This document shows positions 46,431 through 54,773 of a stretch of 64,000 bases of DNA, one piece after another. The DNA lies in the sequence record AP018399.1; one strand, given 5' to 3'. Below the pieces are notes generated by a model. That model had not been told where the DNA came from. It worked only from the letters and a program-made list of their open reading frames with translations, and did not search any database. Within the stretch, counting starts at the first letter, position 1. Each line of letters begins with the position of its first letter. Position numbers and translations under genes: made by a program.

Positions 46431-46989
46431 ATGGCGGTATGGCACTCCGCATACAGAGGGTGTATTCACAATATGCAGTTCGTTATTGAGAGGAAATGTA
46501 GGTTCGATTCCTACGGTCGCCGCAGACCCCACTATGCTGGTCTGTGAAAAACAGTCGATATGGGTTAATATGGAAAACGCCTCTCATCTTTCAAATAGGA
46601 GTTGACAATGAGCATTGTTTTTGCTACTATGTCGGCTTCTGTAACAAGCTACGCCCTTGAGTAAGACAGTCAGGGAGTAAGCTCTTAATGTGAGCATGGT
46701 CGCCCCCACCTTTTGATAGGCTAGCCGGGGAGAGGTTCGAATCCTCTAAGCACCGTTAGGCTGAGACGAAAGGACTACGTTGCGAAGCATTGCACGCCAA
46801 TTCCGGAAACGGCTGGTAGTGTTAGCATCCGACTACAAGGGCACCAAATTAGGTGTTGACAAACGAAGAAAGTATGGTAATATGTACTTCTTCACCGGTA
46901 ACCACTGACGATTGGCCCACCGCAAAAGGGCCGAAACAGAGAGACACAAGCGAGTTTACCTCCTTCCTCGCCGTCTCCTGTCTGGTTTG

Positions 46990-47785
46990 ACAACTTGAGT
47001 GCGGAAACAATCTCAAGGTGGAATAGCGTACAGTGATGTGCGTAAAGTGTGGCCCGCTCAGGCTGCGCACCATGCAAATGGCTCCATCAAACAAGCACCG
47101 ACTCCGGGGCACGCCAAAAGTGTGTCACGGCCCTTGTGAAGAACCACGAGGGAACTTGGAAAAGGTGCCCGACAAGCTAGTCTTGGGACAACTGAGACAG
47201 TTTCCACCCGCAAAGTGGATTAGGGATGCAACACGGATACCAAGCACTAGTCAAGGTGTAGAACATAAGCATGAGGCTGCAACCAAGTGCGATGTTCAGT
47301 GAAGTGGGACTGTTTAACAGGCAGAACCGCATATACAATCCGAGTAGCCGCAAGCGAAAGGATACAGGGGCGTGTTGTATTTGGTACTTCAAAAGGGTAT
47401 CGAGCAACGGCAACACACGTCCTGAGCAACAAAACAACTTCATAGGTTAATGAAATTAATTAAACGCAAAGTTGTTGCCGGTGCATGATGAAAGTGACGT
47501 AATGCTTGACACGCAAGTGAATCAAGCCATTCCGAGGCTCGCAAGGCAGAGGGGTGTTGTGGGAAAGTCGCACGTTTGGGGTCGAACCCTTTACTGCTCG
47601 CAAGGCAGGCGGTAGACAGAACCATGAATAGTCATGCACGACAGTGGAAATGCCACCACTTTAATCTAGGCCGTCATGGTTGCTACTCACATGAGTGAGT
47701 GGATAACGGTAGAAACTTCGCTCGCAAGCGGAGTATAATGACCGGAAAGGTAACCAATCAATGCTGTAATCTCAGGCAGGCTTTT
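46990..47785 (+). ncRNA. about 800-nt giant structured ncRNA, GOLLD-like candidate
   Basis: No credible ORF; many GCAA/GAAA-capped hairpins; own promoter; embedded in the tRNA cluster. Confidence 0.55.
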
Positions 47786-47847
47786 CCAATAAATTCAAGA
47801 CCTTGCAGCTTTAAGCGCAATCACACTAAATAGATTTACATTTCTAT

Positions 47848-47933
47848 GCGGGTGTGGCCGAGTGGTCGATGGCACTAGTCTTCCAAACTAGACTCAGAAA
47901 TGGGCGCGAGTTCGAATCTCGCCACCCGCTCCA
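47848..47933 (+). tRNA. tRNA-Gly(TCC) with long variable arm
   Basis: GCG/CGC-U73 acceptor; V-arm CTCA-GAAA-TGGG. Confidence 0.85.
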
Positions 47934-48058
47934 AATTCAAAGAATTCAAGACAGATGTACACTGGACTGAATCGTCATTAGCGCCCAAGGGTGCAGAGAG
48001 TTCCGCTAGTATCTCGCTGCAACGACGTTAATGAATGTTCGACTAGCTCCAAATTTGA

Positions 48059-48137
48059 CGCGCGGTACAATCAATATCGGCAGATGGGCACCCTCATAAG
48101 GTGTCGGTTGGGAGTTCAAGTCTCCCCTGCGCTACCA
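48059..48137 (+). tRNA. tRNA-Met(CAT), initiator-like acceptor
   Basis: C1xU72 mismatch; anticodon stem GCACC/GGTGT. Confidence 0.75.
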
Positions 48138-48238
48138 AACCCGGATAGGGTAGCTCCCTATCCTTCGTAGGTGTGACCGGCTCTCATGAGGCTTGTCGGT
48201 TCTTGACTGAGCAACCTACAACCAATTCGTAGTACAAT

Positions 48239-48323
48239 GGGCGTGTGGCGGAATTGGCAGACGCACTAGATTTAGGTTCTAGCGCCGCAAGGCGTGTGGG
48301 TTCGACTCCCACCTAGCCCACCA
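48239..48323 (+). tRNA. tRNA-Leu(TAG)
   Basis: Class II cloverleaf; two acceptor mismatches. Confidence 0.9.
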
Positions 48324-48499
48324 AACGTCGGTCGGTACCTTAAGCAAGTACCGCCAAGTTATCAGTGATTTGCCTAGTTTAAGCTGATGGCTCGCCGTGA
48401 AACAGTCGGATATTAAAACGGGTAGGGTGTCGCCGATAGACTAGTGAATCAGCTTGCTAAGGGCTGGGAATCGAAACTGCTACTTAGCTTCCATTCTAT

Positions 48500-48574
48500 G
48501 GAGCATTCGTCTATCGGTTAGGACGCTAGACTTTCACTCTGGAAAGAGGGGTTCGACTCCCCTATGCTCTACCA
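48500..48574 (+). tRNA. tRNA-Glu(TTC)
   Basis: Canonical cloverleaf. Confidence 0.95.
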
Positions 48575-48578
48575 ACAC

Positions 48579-48609
48579 AGAAGCCCGCCTAGTGCGGGCT
48601 TTTCTTTTT
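48579..48609 (+). terminator. intrinsic terminator
   Basis: AGAAGCCCGC-CTAGT-GCGGGCTTTTCTTTTT. Confidence 0.85.
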
Positions 48610-48640
48610 GCTATATAATAATTGGAACATAGGATTTCAA

Positions 48641-49006
48641 ATGGAATTATCCCCAATCCACCAATTATTGATTCTGGGAACGCTGACGCTCATCGCCGTA
48701 GTCTCGGTGGTTTCGCTCGCCTATCAGATGTACTTCCTGCCCAAGAAGCGCAAAGCCTTCCTCATTAAAGAAATGGGACATTGCTTGCTGACTCGTGAGC
48801 AAATTTACGGTGCGGAACTCATCAACCACTGCCGAACCATCCTGCATAATATCGACATACATTGCAGTATGAGAGAAGGATTCAAGATGGTCTACACATA
48901 CGGCAAGTATGAGATAGGCGTCAACTGGTATCCTGTCAATGGATTGTTTGAGTTCACCTTCCCGGTCAAGTACGAAACGATTGCGAAAATTTACTATCCG
49001 ACTTGA
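48641..49006 (+). CDS. membrane-anchored hypothetical protein
   Basis: N-terminal TM. Confidence 0.65.
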   Translation: MELSPIHQLLILGTLTLIAVVSVVSLAYQMYFLPKKRKAFLIKEMGHCLLTREQIYGAELINHCRTILHNIDIHCSMREGFKMVYTYGKYEIGVNWYPVNGLFEFTFPVKYETIAKIYYPT

Positions 49007-49056
49007 CAAACGAAGTTGATGGGTCTATAATTCTCATCATCAAGTCAGGACACACA

Positions 49057-49335
49057 ATGACCACTTACAACGAAGAGTCGAGAGCGAAGATTTACGAGCA
49101 GTATCCGCAGAAGCCCCGTGAGCAGAAGCGCATCGGTGGCCTCATCGAAAACTGGTCGCTGGTTCCGTTCAATGGCGATGACAAGAAGCTGGTCATCGTG
49201 GGGTCGCTGAGTGGCGACAACTATTGGGACAAAGGCCCAATCCGTACTTCGCTCATCATGAGCATCAATGAAGATGAGACTGAGGCCGAAACCCTCAATA
49301 CCATCTACAAGCTGGGCGTCAAGGCTTCGGCCTAA
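49057..49335 (+). CDS. conserved-type phage hypothetical protein
   Basis: IENW..G..G.D..IRTS.I..ETLNTIYKLG. Confidence 0.75.
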   Translation: MTTYNEESRAKIYEQYPQKPREQKRIGGLIENWSLVPFNGDDKKLVIVGSLSGDNYWDKGPIRTSLIMSINEDETEAETLNTIYKLGVKASA

Positions 49336-49403
49336 CGCCTAGGGTGGGGAGAGTCACTTTTCGCAGGTTATGGCTCCCCACAAGAATGAAATCTGCCAGT
49401 TTA

Positions 49404-49625
49404 CCGCCCCAAGCTCGTGCTGTGGCATGGTCACCGTATTTGACCGGTCTACCACTACAGCCGGACCGACACACTAGGACAACTCTCACTAATCCTAGGT
49501 AAAGCGGTCGCCCTGTGAGAAGGGAAAGGATGTACCGACAAGTAGCGGCTCCCTCGTGGAGTTTCATGGTTGCGAAGCCATGATACTAATGAAGCGCGAA
49601 ATCAGGTACAGCCCGAGCTAGGTGG
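49404..49625 (+). ncRNA. about 220-nt structured ncRNA candidate
   Basis: Closing helices CCGCC..AGCTCG-T-GCTGT / ACAGC-C-CGAGCT..GGTGG with several internal hairpins. Confidence 0.45.
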
Positions 49626-49679
49626 CTTGCATTTGACCTTCTGGTTTGTTATAATCAAGACCAATCCAGAGGTACCGAC

Positions 49680-50408
49680 ATGAAAATCACATCAACGTGG
49701 CTCCTTACATCCGCTGCCCAAGTCGTCATCACGATTGCTGTGGGCGCGTTCATGCTGGTCAATGCCGCAGTGATTGGCTTCTATGTCATTGAAGGATATG
49801 GGAATTATCAGAAGAAGGAATCTGCGGACGTAATCCTCACCGGTCGCGTTCACACGTTCTCGTCTCTGGAATTCACCACGAATCCGGCCGGTACCATGCG
49901 TACCTGCGTCGGGGTGACCGCTAGCAACGGTCGGATGGTGGTTCGCGAACTCGGTGATTGGGAAGGAAACCTTCCGGCCGGTGACTTCTGTGGGCAGCTT
50001 TTCAGCGCCAGCAACCTCACCAACTGGAAGCATATGGCACCAACATCCAACGGCACCAGTGTGCTTGAGAAGGTGTTGTGGTCCATTGCTTTCTTCGTCG
50101 TGTTCATGAGTGGTGCGTATCTGGTGGCGTCGATTCCTGCCAATCTGGTGGCTATCGCATTGCCGGGACTGGCTCCGATTGCCAAGTTGATGGCGTTGGC
50201 GTTCACGCTTCCTGTGCTGCTGTTCTGGGCAGTGTTCGTCACCAGTGCATGGCAGTACCATCCGTCGTATTGGAAGTCGCCTGACGGCTATGTGGTCGAG
50301 ACTGAGAAGGTCTTCATCACGCGAGACAAGCGAGTGTTCACCGCTCCGGAAACGTTGTTCGGATGGACCTCAAGCAATACGATGCAAGAACGAAAGGTGT
50401 TCGAATGA
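49680..50408 (+). CDS. multi-pass membrane protein
   Basis: Three TM segments. Confidence 0.75.
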   Translation: MKITSTWLLTSAAQVVITIAVGAFMLVNAAVIGFYVIEGYGNYQKKESADVILTGRVHTFSSLEFTTNPAGTMRTCVGVTASNGRMVVRELGDWEGNLPAGDFCGQLFSASNLTNWKHMAPTSNGTSVLEKVLWSIAFFVVFMSGAYLVASIPANLVAIALPGLAPIAKLMALAFTLPVLLFWAVFVTSAWQYHPSYWKSPDGYVVETEKVFITRDKRVFTAPETLFGWTSSNTMQERKVFE

Positions 50409-50608
50409 GTTTCTTCAAGTGGTATGACCGGCATCCGAAGAATCGGTTCTGGTTCACCATCGGTGTCATCGCATTCGTCCTGATTCCTCCTGTAGTGACA
50501 TGGACGGCTCCGAAATCACTGACGTGGATTGCGATTCTGCTGAATGCTGGCATTGCAGTGCTGCATATGCATAACTGGATGAAGTTGAAGCGTGGTTCCA
50601 AGTCGTAG
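50405..50608 (+). CDS. small membrane protein
   Basis: Two TM segments; TAG stop. Confidence 0.65.
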   Translation: MSFFKWYDRHPKNRFWFTIGVIAFVLIPPVVTWTAPKSLTWIAILLNAGIAVLHMHNWMKLKRGSKS

Positions 50609-50993
50609 AGAACAGCGCTTCTACAAGAAGGCCAGAGAAGCAAGCAGTCGTTCAAATCACTACAAGGCCAAGATTGGTGCGGTAATTGTCACAGGGAACT
50701 ATGTCCTTTCAGAAGGGTGCAGCCGTGAGAAGAGCCATACAAGACAACACCGGTACGACCGTAGGATGAAGTACCACGGTGGTCAGTCGAAGCTTCATGC
50801 TGAGATTGACGCCCTTGTGTCATCTGGCCGTGTCGATTTGACTGGTGCCGAAATCTACATCTACAGGGAAGACAAGAAGGGTAATCTTGCCAACTGTAGA
50901 CCTTGCGTTAGTTGTACACAGGCGTTGAAGGACGCTGGTGTGCGTCACATCTACTACACCCACAAAGAGGGGTTTGCTTATGAGCAGTTCTGA
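50592..50993 (+). CDS. cytidine/dCMP deaminase-family protein
   Basis: KIGAVIV, LHAEIDAL, CRPCVSC..AL...G.R.IYY. Confidence 0.85.
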   Translation: MVPSRREQRFYKKAREASSRSNHYKAKIGAVIVTGNYVLSEGCSREKSHTRQHRYDRRMKYHGGQSKLHAEIDALVSSGRVDLTGAEIYIYREDKKGNLANCRPCVSCTQALKDAGVRHIYYTHKEGFAYEQF

Positions 50994-51155
50994 TGCAGCG
51001 TTCCGTGAGAAGTTCATGAAGTTGATGCAATCACGGAAAGAAATGTCGCCGGAACAGTTGACAAGCGAAGATGAGTTCGATAATATGGTCGAACTTGGTG
51101 ATGCAACTGAGTGATTTCACTCTAATTGCAACCACACTAAATAGTTTTACAATAT

Positions 51156-51232
51156 CCGGGTGTAGCGCAGTCTGGTAGCGCACTTGCTTTGGGAGCATGG
51201 GGTCGCAGGTTCGAATCCTGCCGTCCGGACCA
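51156..51232 (+). tRNA. tRNA-Pro(TGG)
   Basis: Canonical cloverleaf. Confidence 0.95.
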
Positions 51233-51243
51233 AATTCATAGTT

Positions 51244-51320
51244 CAGGGTGTAGCGCAGTCTGGTAGCGTGGCCGGTTTGGAGCCGGGCGGTCGTAGGTTC
51301 AAATCCTACCATCCTGACCA
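51244..51320 (+). tRNA. tRNA-Pro(TGG), second copy
   Basis: Canonical cloverleaf, different stems. Confidence 0.9.
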
Positions 51321-51363
51321 AAATTAAGGTATGTGTACCGGAACTACACATATGACGAACAAT

Positions 51364-51454
51364 GCCACTTTGCCTGAGTCCGGTCGATAGGAACTGCCTT
51401 GTAAGCAGTCGGGATAATACCCCATCGCAGGTTCAAATCCTGTGGGTGGCACCA
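51364..51454 (+). tRNA. tRNA-Thr(TGT) with long variable arm
   Basis: Loop CT-TGT-AA; V-arm GGG-ATAATA-CCC-CATC. Confidence 0.85.
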
Positions 51455-51462
51455 AATTCTAC

Positions 51463-51539
51463 AGGTCGGTAGTTCCAACGGCTAGAACGATGGACTCCAA
51501 ATCCATGCGATGGGGGTTCGAATCCCTCCCGGCCTGCCA
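51463..51539 (+). tRNA. tRNA-Trp(CCA)
   Basis: Canonical, G73. Confidence 0.95.
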
Positions 51540-51546
51540 ATTTCTC

Positions 51547-51747
51547 ATGACGCTAAAGTTCTGGTTCAAATGGAATGCACAGAAGGTCGCTGACCAACTG
51601 AACGAGCAATATCGTCAGTATGAGGACAACTGCTTTCCGTGGGAAGTACAGCGACAAGGTATTCGGTACTTGATTTTAAAGAAGTACCATGCTAATGTAT
51701 CTGGAACGTACACAATAGCAGCATCAAAACGACATATAGGGGCGTAG
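51547..51747 (+). CDS. hypothetical protein
   Basis: Small ORF between tRNAs. Confidence 0.45.
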   Translation: MTLKFWFKWNAQKVADQLNEQYRQYEDNCFPWEVQRQGIRYLILKKYHANVSGTYTIAASKRHIGA

Positions 51748-51812
51748 TACAGCGGTTAGTGCGCTTGACTCTGACTCATGAAACGGTGGTTCGAATCCAT
51801 CCGCCCCTGCCA
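51738..51812 (+). tRNA. tRNA-Gln(CTG)
   Basis: Cloverleaf, G73. Confidence 0.9.
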
Positions 51813-51827
51813 ATTCGGATGACTACA

Positions 51828-52094
51828 ATGAAATTTGAAGTTTCCAAGCGTTTCACTATCTACGGTCTGAATGCACATGAACGAGAATTCATGTGTAATC
51901 TTCTCACCAAAGGCCAATACAACTGGTCCAATTGGGATAATGATACGTTCGCGGTCATCTTCCATGAAGGTTCGTTGCATACCATCCCCGAAGATGATGT
52001 GGTGAAGTTCCTGAACATTCTTGACCATCGTCGGAAGGTTCATATATACTTCGAATACACTGGCGACGGACGCTTCAACATCATCGTCAAGTAA
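51828..52094 (+). CDS. hypothetical protein
   Basis: 88-aa ORF. Confidence 0.6.
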   Translation: MKFEVSKRFTIYGLNAHEREFMCNLLTKGQYNWSNWDNDTFAVIFHEGSLHTIPEDDVVKFLNILDHRRKVHIYFEYTGDGRFNIIVK

Positions 52095-52098
52095 CAAT

Positions 52099-52174
52099 AG
52101 GGGTTTAGCCAAGTGGTTAAGGCATGGGCCTTTGACTCCCAGACCGGTAGGTTCGATTCCTCCAACCCCTGCCA
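52099..52174 (+). tRNA. tRNA-Gln(TTG)
   Basis: Cloverleaf, G73. Confidence 0.9.
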
Positions 52175-52214
52175 AACCAGTTGACAAATGAACTTGATGG
52201 GTTATAATTAATCC

Positions 52215-52421
52215 ATGAACATACATTCGTTGACCCATGCAGTATCGGTGACCAGCACCAAGGCGGATTGTCTGGACTTCCTTGGCCTTGACCACTCCAC
52301 GCGGAACTTCCGGCTCATGTCGGATGCCATCAAGAAGCACGGCATCGACACCAGCCACTTCGTAGGAATCAAGGCTTCGGAGTACGTGGCACGCTTCAAA
52401 CCAGTTGACAATCAGTTTTAA
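52215..52421 (+). CDS. hypothetical protein
   Basis: Resembles the N-terminal part of phage HNH proteins (IKKHGIDTSHF); own promoter. Confidence 0.55.
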   Translation: MNIHSLTHAVSVTSTKADCLDFLGLDHSTRNFRLMSDAIKKHGIDTSHFVGIKASEYVARFKPVDNQF

Positions 52422-52650
52422 TCTGGTAAGATAACATCATCACATCGGGTAAGCCCTTCACTGACCAGTGAGTCCGAGGAAGGGAGAGAAAGCAGGCCGG
52501 GTTGTTGGGGGCGCTGCCGAAAAGAGGGAGAGACAGTGGCACGAATGAAGCAAATGCATCTGGATATCATCGAAAGCCAAGAGGCTGACGAGGAAGGTAT
52601 CATCAATGCGGTGCCAACTCCGGTTCCGTCTCCCGCACGGGAGGTCGCAA

Positions 52651-52899
52651 ATGCCGAAGTATCTCCTGATTGATTCCACTTCGGTTTTCATTCCGGGCGA
52701 CGAGCGTTCACGCACGAATCCCGGTCACGGATACCCCGAGCGGACGGAAACGTACCCGGTGTTGAAGTGGTTCGATACCGAGCAGCAAGTGCTGGAATAT
52801 CTGGAAACGTGGGGTCGTAACATCAAAGACCCGCAGATATGGGAACTCGCTGGTAAAGTCAAACTGGAAGTGAAGACTACCTTGTCACTTTCCAAGTAA
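52651..52899 (+). CDS. hypothetical protein
   Basis: IPGDERSRTNPGHGYP motif. Confidence 0.75.
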   Translation: MPKYLLIDSTSVFIPGDERSRTNPGHGYPERTETYPVLKWFDTEQQVLEYLETWGRNIKDPQIWELAGKVKLEVKTTLSLSK

Positions 52900-52905
52900 T
52901 ATTCC

Positions 52906-52992
52906 GGGCATGTGGCGGAATTGGTAGACGCGGCAGACTCAAAATCTGTTGGTAGAAATACCGTGTCGGTTCGATTCCGACCTTGCCCACCA
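52906..52992 (+). tRNA. tRNA-Leu(CAA)
   Basis: Class II cloverleaf. Confidence 0.95.
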
Positions 52993-53006
52993 AACAAGAG
53001 AACGCA

Positions 53007-53396
53007 ATGAAGATTTCCTTCCGTACTGCTGTCATGATTGCCATCGCTGTTGGTGTCGCGGGAAGCCTGCTTCTCCCCGTCAATGCGAAGGCTCAGGATG
53101 TTATCAGCCAGACCAACGCCACCATGATGGCGTTCCAGCCTGCGATGACTGCCGACACCAGTTCCAGCAAGCCCACAACGCCGCCTCCGGCCAAGCTGTA
53201 CCGTGAGCGCGTACCGGGTAAGCCGGAAGAAGGATTCGTTCCTGTGACGGCTCCGGTGAAGAAGAACTACCAGTACACGAGGGTGGACTATCCCTACGGT
53301 GAAGTTCTCATCTTCGAAGACTTCGTTCGTCGCAATGTGTGCTACATCACCATCAATAACGGTCGAATCTCGGAATCCTGTGTTCCCATGAAGTAA
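53007..53396 (+). CDS. exported hypothetical protein
   Basis: Signal peptide; C-terminal CY....ISC. Confidence 0.7.
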   Translation: MKISFRTAVMIAIAVGVAGSLLLPVNAKAQDVISQTNATMMAFQPAMTADTSSSKPTTPPPAKLYRERVPGKPEEGFVPVTAPVKKNYQYTRVDYPYGEVLIFEDFVRRNVCYITINNGRISESCVPMK

Positions 53397-53405
53397 GGAA
53401 AACAA

Positions 53406-53777
53406 ATGAAAACTGCACTAAAGGTTCTGGGTATTCTGGCTCTGGTTTTCTTCTTGCTGGTCGGCGGCTGCACTATGCTGGTCATGATGACACCAAAAAA
53501 GCCGGTTGTAGCCGAAGTAAAGAAGGATGCCATCGACCAAACTCGTGATATCGTGAATTTCACGTACAGTGCTGCCAAGCAGTGTGAAAAATACGGCGAT
53601 GGGTCTAGCTCATGTAGTCTGTTTAAGAACCAAACACGTAATCGGGTAATTCGTGATATCATCTATGCTCCGGCTGTTCCGGGTGAAGTGATGGCTGAAT
53701 TCAATAAGCGCGGATACTTCACCGAATATACCGAACAAATGTTGTATATTGAAGCTGTCGATAAACATCTTCGATAA
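53406..53777 (+). CDS. membrane-anchored protein
   Basis: N-terminal TM, LVGGC. Confidence 0.7.
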   Translation: MKTALKVLGILALVFFLLVGGCTMLVMMTPKKPVVAEVKKDAIDQTRDIVNFTYSAAKQCEKYGDGSSSCSLFKNQTRNRVIRDIIYAPAVPGEVMAEFNKRGYFTEYTEQMLYIEAVDKHLR

Positions 53778-53778
53778 C

Positions 53779-53853
53779 GGGCCGGTAGCATATGGGTAAA
53801 TGCGTCCGACTCATAATCGGTTGAGCAAGGTTCGATTCCTTGACGGCCCACCA
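53779..53853 (+). tRNA. tRNA(CAT), probably Ile2
   Basis: GGGCC acceptor, A73. Confidence 0.85.
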
Positions 53854-53871
53854 AACTAAATAGGTTTACAC

Positions 53872-53948
53872 GGTAATATAACTCAGCCCGGTAGAGTAGC
53901 GCCCTCATAAGGCGTTTGTCGCAGGTTCGAATCCCGCTATTACCACCA
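53872..53948 (+). tRNA. tRNA-Met(CAT), elongator-like
   Basis: Canonical cloverleaf. Confidence 0.9.
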
Positions 53949-53996
53949 AGATTTATCTTGACAGCCTCAAATGAGGCTGTTATAGTTTTAGAACAT

Positions 53997-54085
53997 GACG
54001 CGGTGCCGGAGTCTGGTTGAACGGGATGGACTGCAAATCCATAAGCGAAAGCTCATCACAGGTTCAAATCCTGTTCGCGTCTCCA
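53997..54085 (+). tRNA. tRNA-Cys(GCA) with long variable arm
   Basis: U73; V-arm AGC-GAAA-GCT-CATC. Confidence 0.85.
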
Positions 54086-54090
54086 AATAC

Positions 54091-54240
54091 GGGGTGTTAG
54101 GGAATTGGAAAACTCGCCGGAAGTAATCCGGTAGCTTGTGATAAGGTTGCAACCACCGAAATCGACTGCATTCTAGAACGTAGTCACTAGTAGGTATCAT
54201 GATAGCTTGACTTTGGTTCGAATCCAGAGACACCCCACCA
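54091..54240 (+). ncRNA. 150-nt tRNA-like RNA with giant branched variable region
   Basis: GGGGTGT/ACACCCC-A-CCA; 5-nt anticodon loop; about 80-nt insertion. Confidence 0.8.
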
Positions 54241-54261
54241 ATTCACAACAAAGGAAGTAAG

Positions 54262-54531
54262 ATGTTCGCTCTACTGAGAAAGAAGTTCGGCACTGCTGCT
54301 TTCGTGTTCCCGCTGATGGCGCTCATGGGCATCGTCTTCCATGTGGAGCCGAAGGATATCCTGCTGGGTTCCGTCCTGATGTACATCGTTACGCTCGCTC
54401 TGCTGATGCTGGACGACGTGTTCGTGTTTGAATTCGCGGACAATGGCGCGCTTCTGAGCGAGGAAGAGCTTGTCGAATTTGACAAGCTGGTTTCACCTGT
54501 ACAAGTTACAGTGGAAGTGCAATACAACTAA
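54262..54531 (+). CDS. membrane protein
   Basis: Two TM segments. Confidence 0.65.
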   Translation: MFALLRKKFGTAAFVFPLMALMGIVFHVEPKDILLGSVLMYIVTLALLMLDDVFVFEFADNGALLSEEELVEFDKLVSPVQVTVEVQYN

Positions 54532-54551
54532 ATAGCTTTACAAGGTGGGAT

Positions 54552-54761
54552 ATGAAGAAAATCAAGGGGTTGTTCGGGAAGTATCCCGTCGCTGCTAACT
54601 CTTCATCGTATTTCGCCGCAACATTCGTTGGAACCGGTGCAGTAGCTACCGTATTCAATCGACCGATAGAAGAAGCAATCTTCATATCAGTCATCATGGC
54701 CGTAACGGGCGGTGTAATTGGATGGGTAAAAACTGTTGACAAAGACGGTGAAAGCGAATAA
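54552..54761 (+). CDS. small membrane protein
   Basis: Two TM segments. Confidence 0.55.
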   Translation: MKKIKGLFGKYPVAANSSSYFAATFVGTGAVATVFNRPIEEAIFISVIMAVTGGVIGWVKTVDKDGESE

Positions 54762-54773
54762 GATACAAACTTC

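Noticed and set aside
46755-46790. CTGAGACGAAA as a hammerhead core (similar at about 52460)
   Set aside because: Does not fit CUGANGA...GAAA with three stems
47555-47590. GAAAGTCGCACGT resembling group II intron domain V
   Set aside because: No AGC/CGC triad helix, no domain VI, no RT/maturase
46849-47625. Short ORFs across the giant RNA and over tRNA blocks (e.g. 51031..51351, 52725..53405, 53988..54233)
   Set aside because: No RBS or codon bias; they are translations of RNA genes
48372-48455. Pseudoknot-like pairing suggesting an HDV/theta ribozyme after tRNA-Leu
   Set aside because: No P1.1, and no catalytic C in the would-be J4/2 (TGA)
49404-49625. RNase P RNA or group I intron
   Set aside because: Universal P4 strands and the P7/P3 order could not be found; kept only as an unassigned candidate
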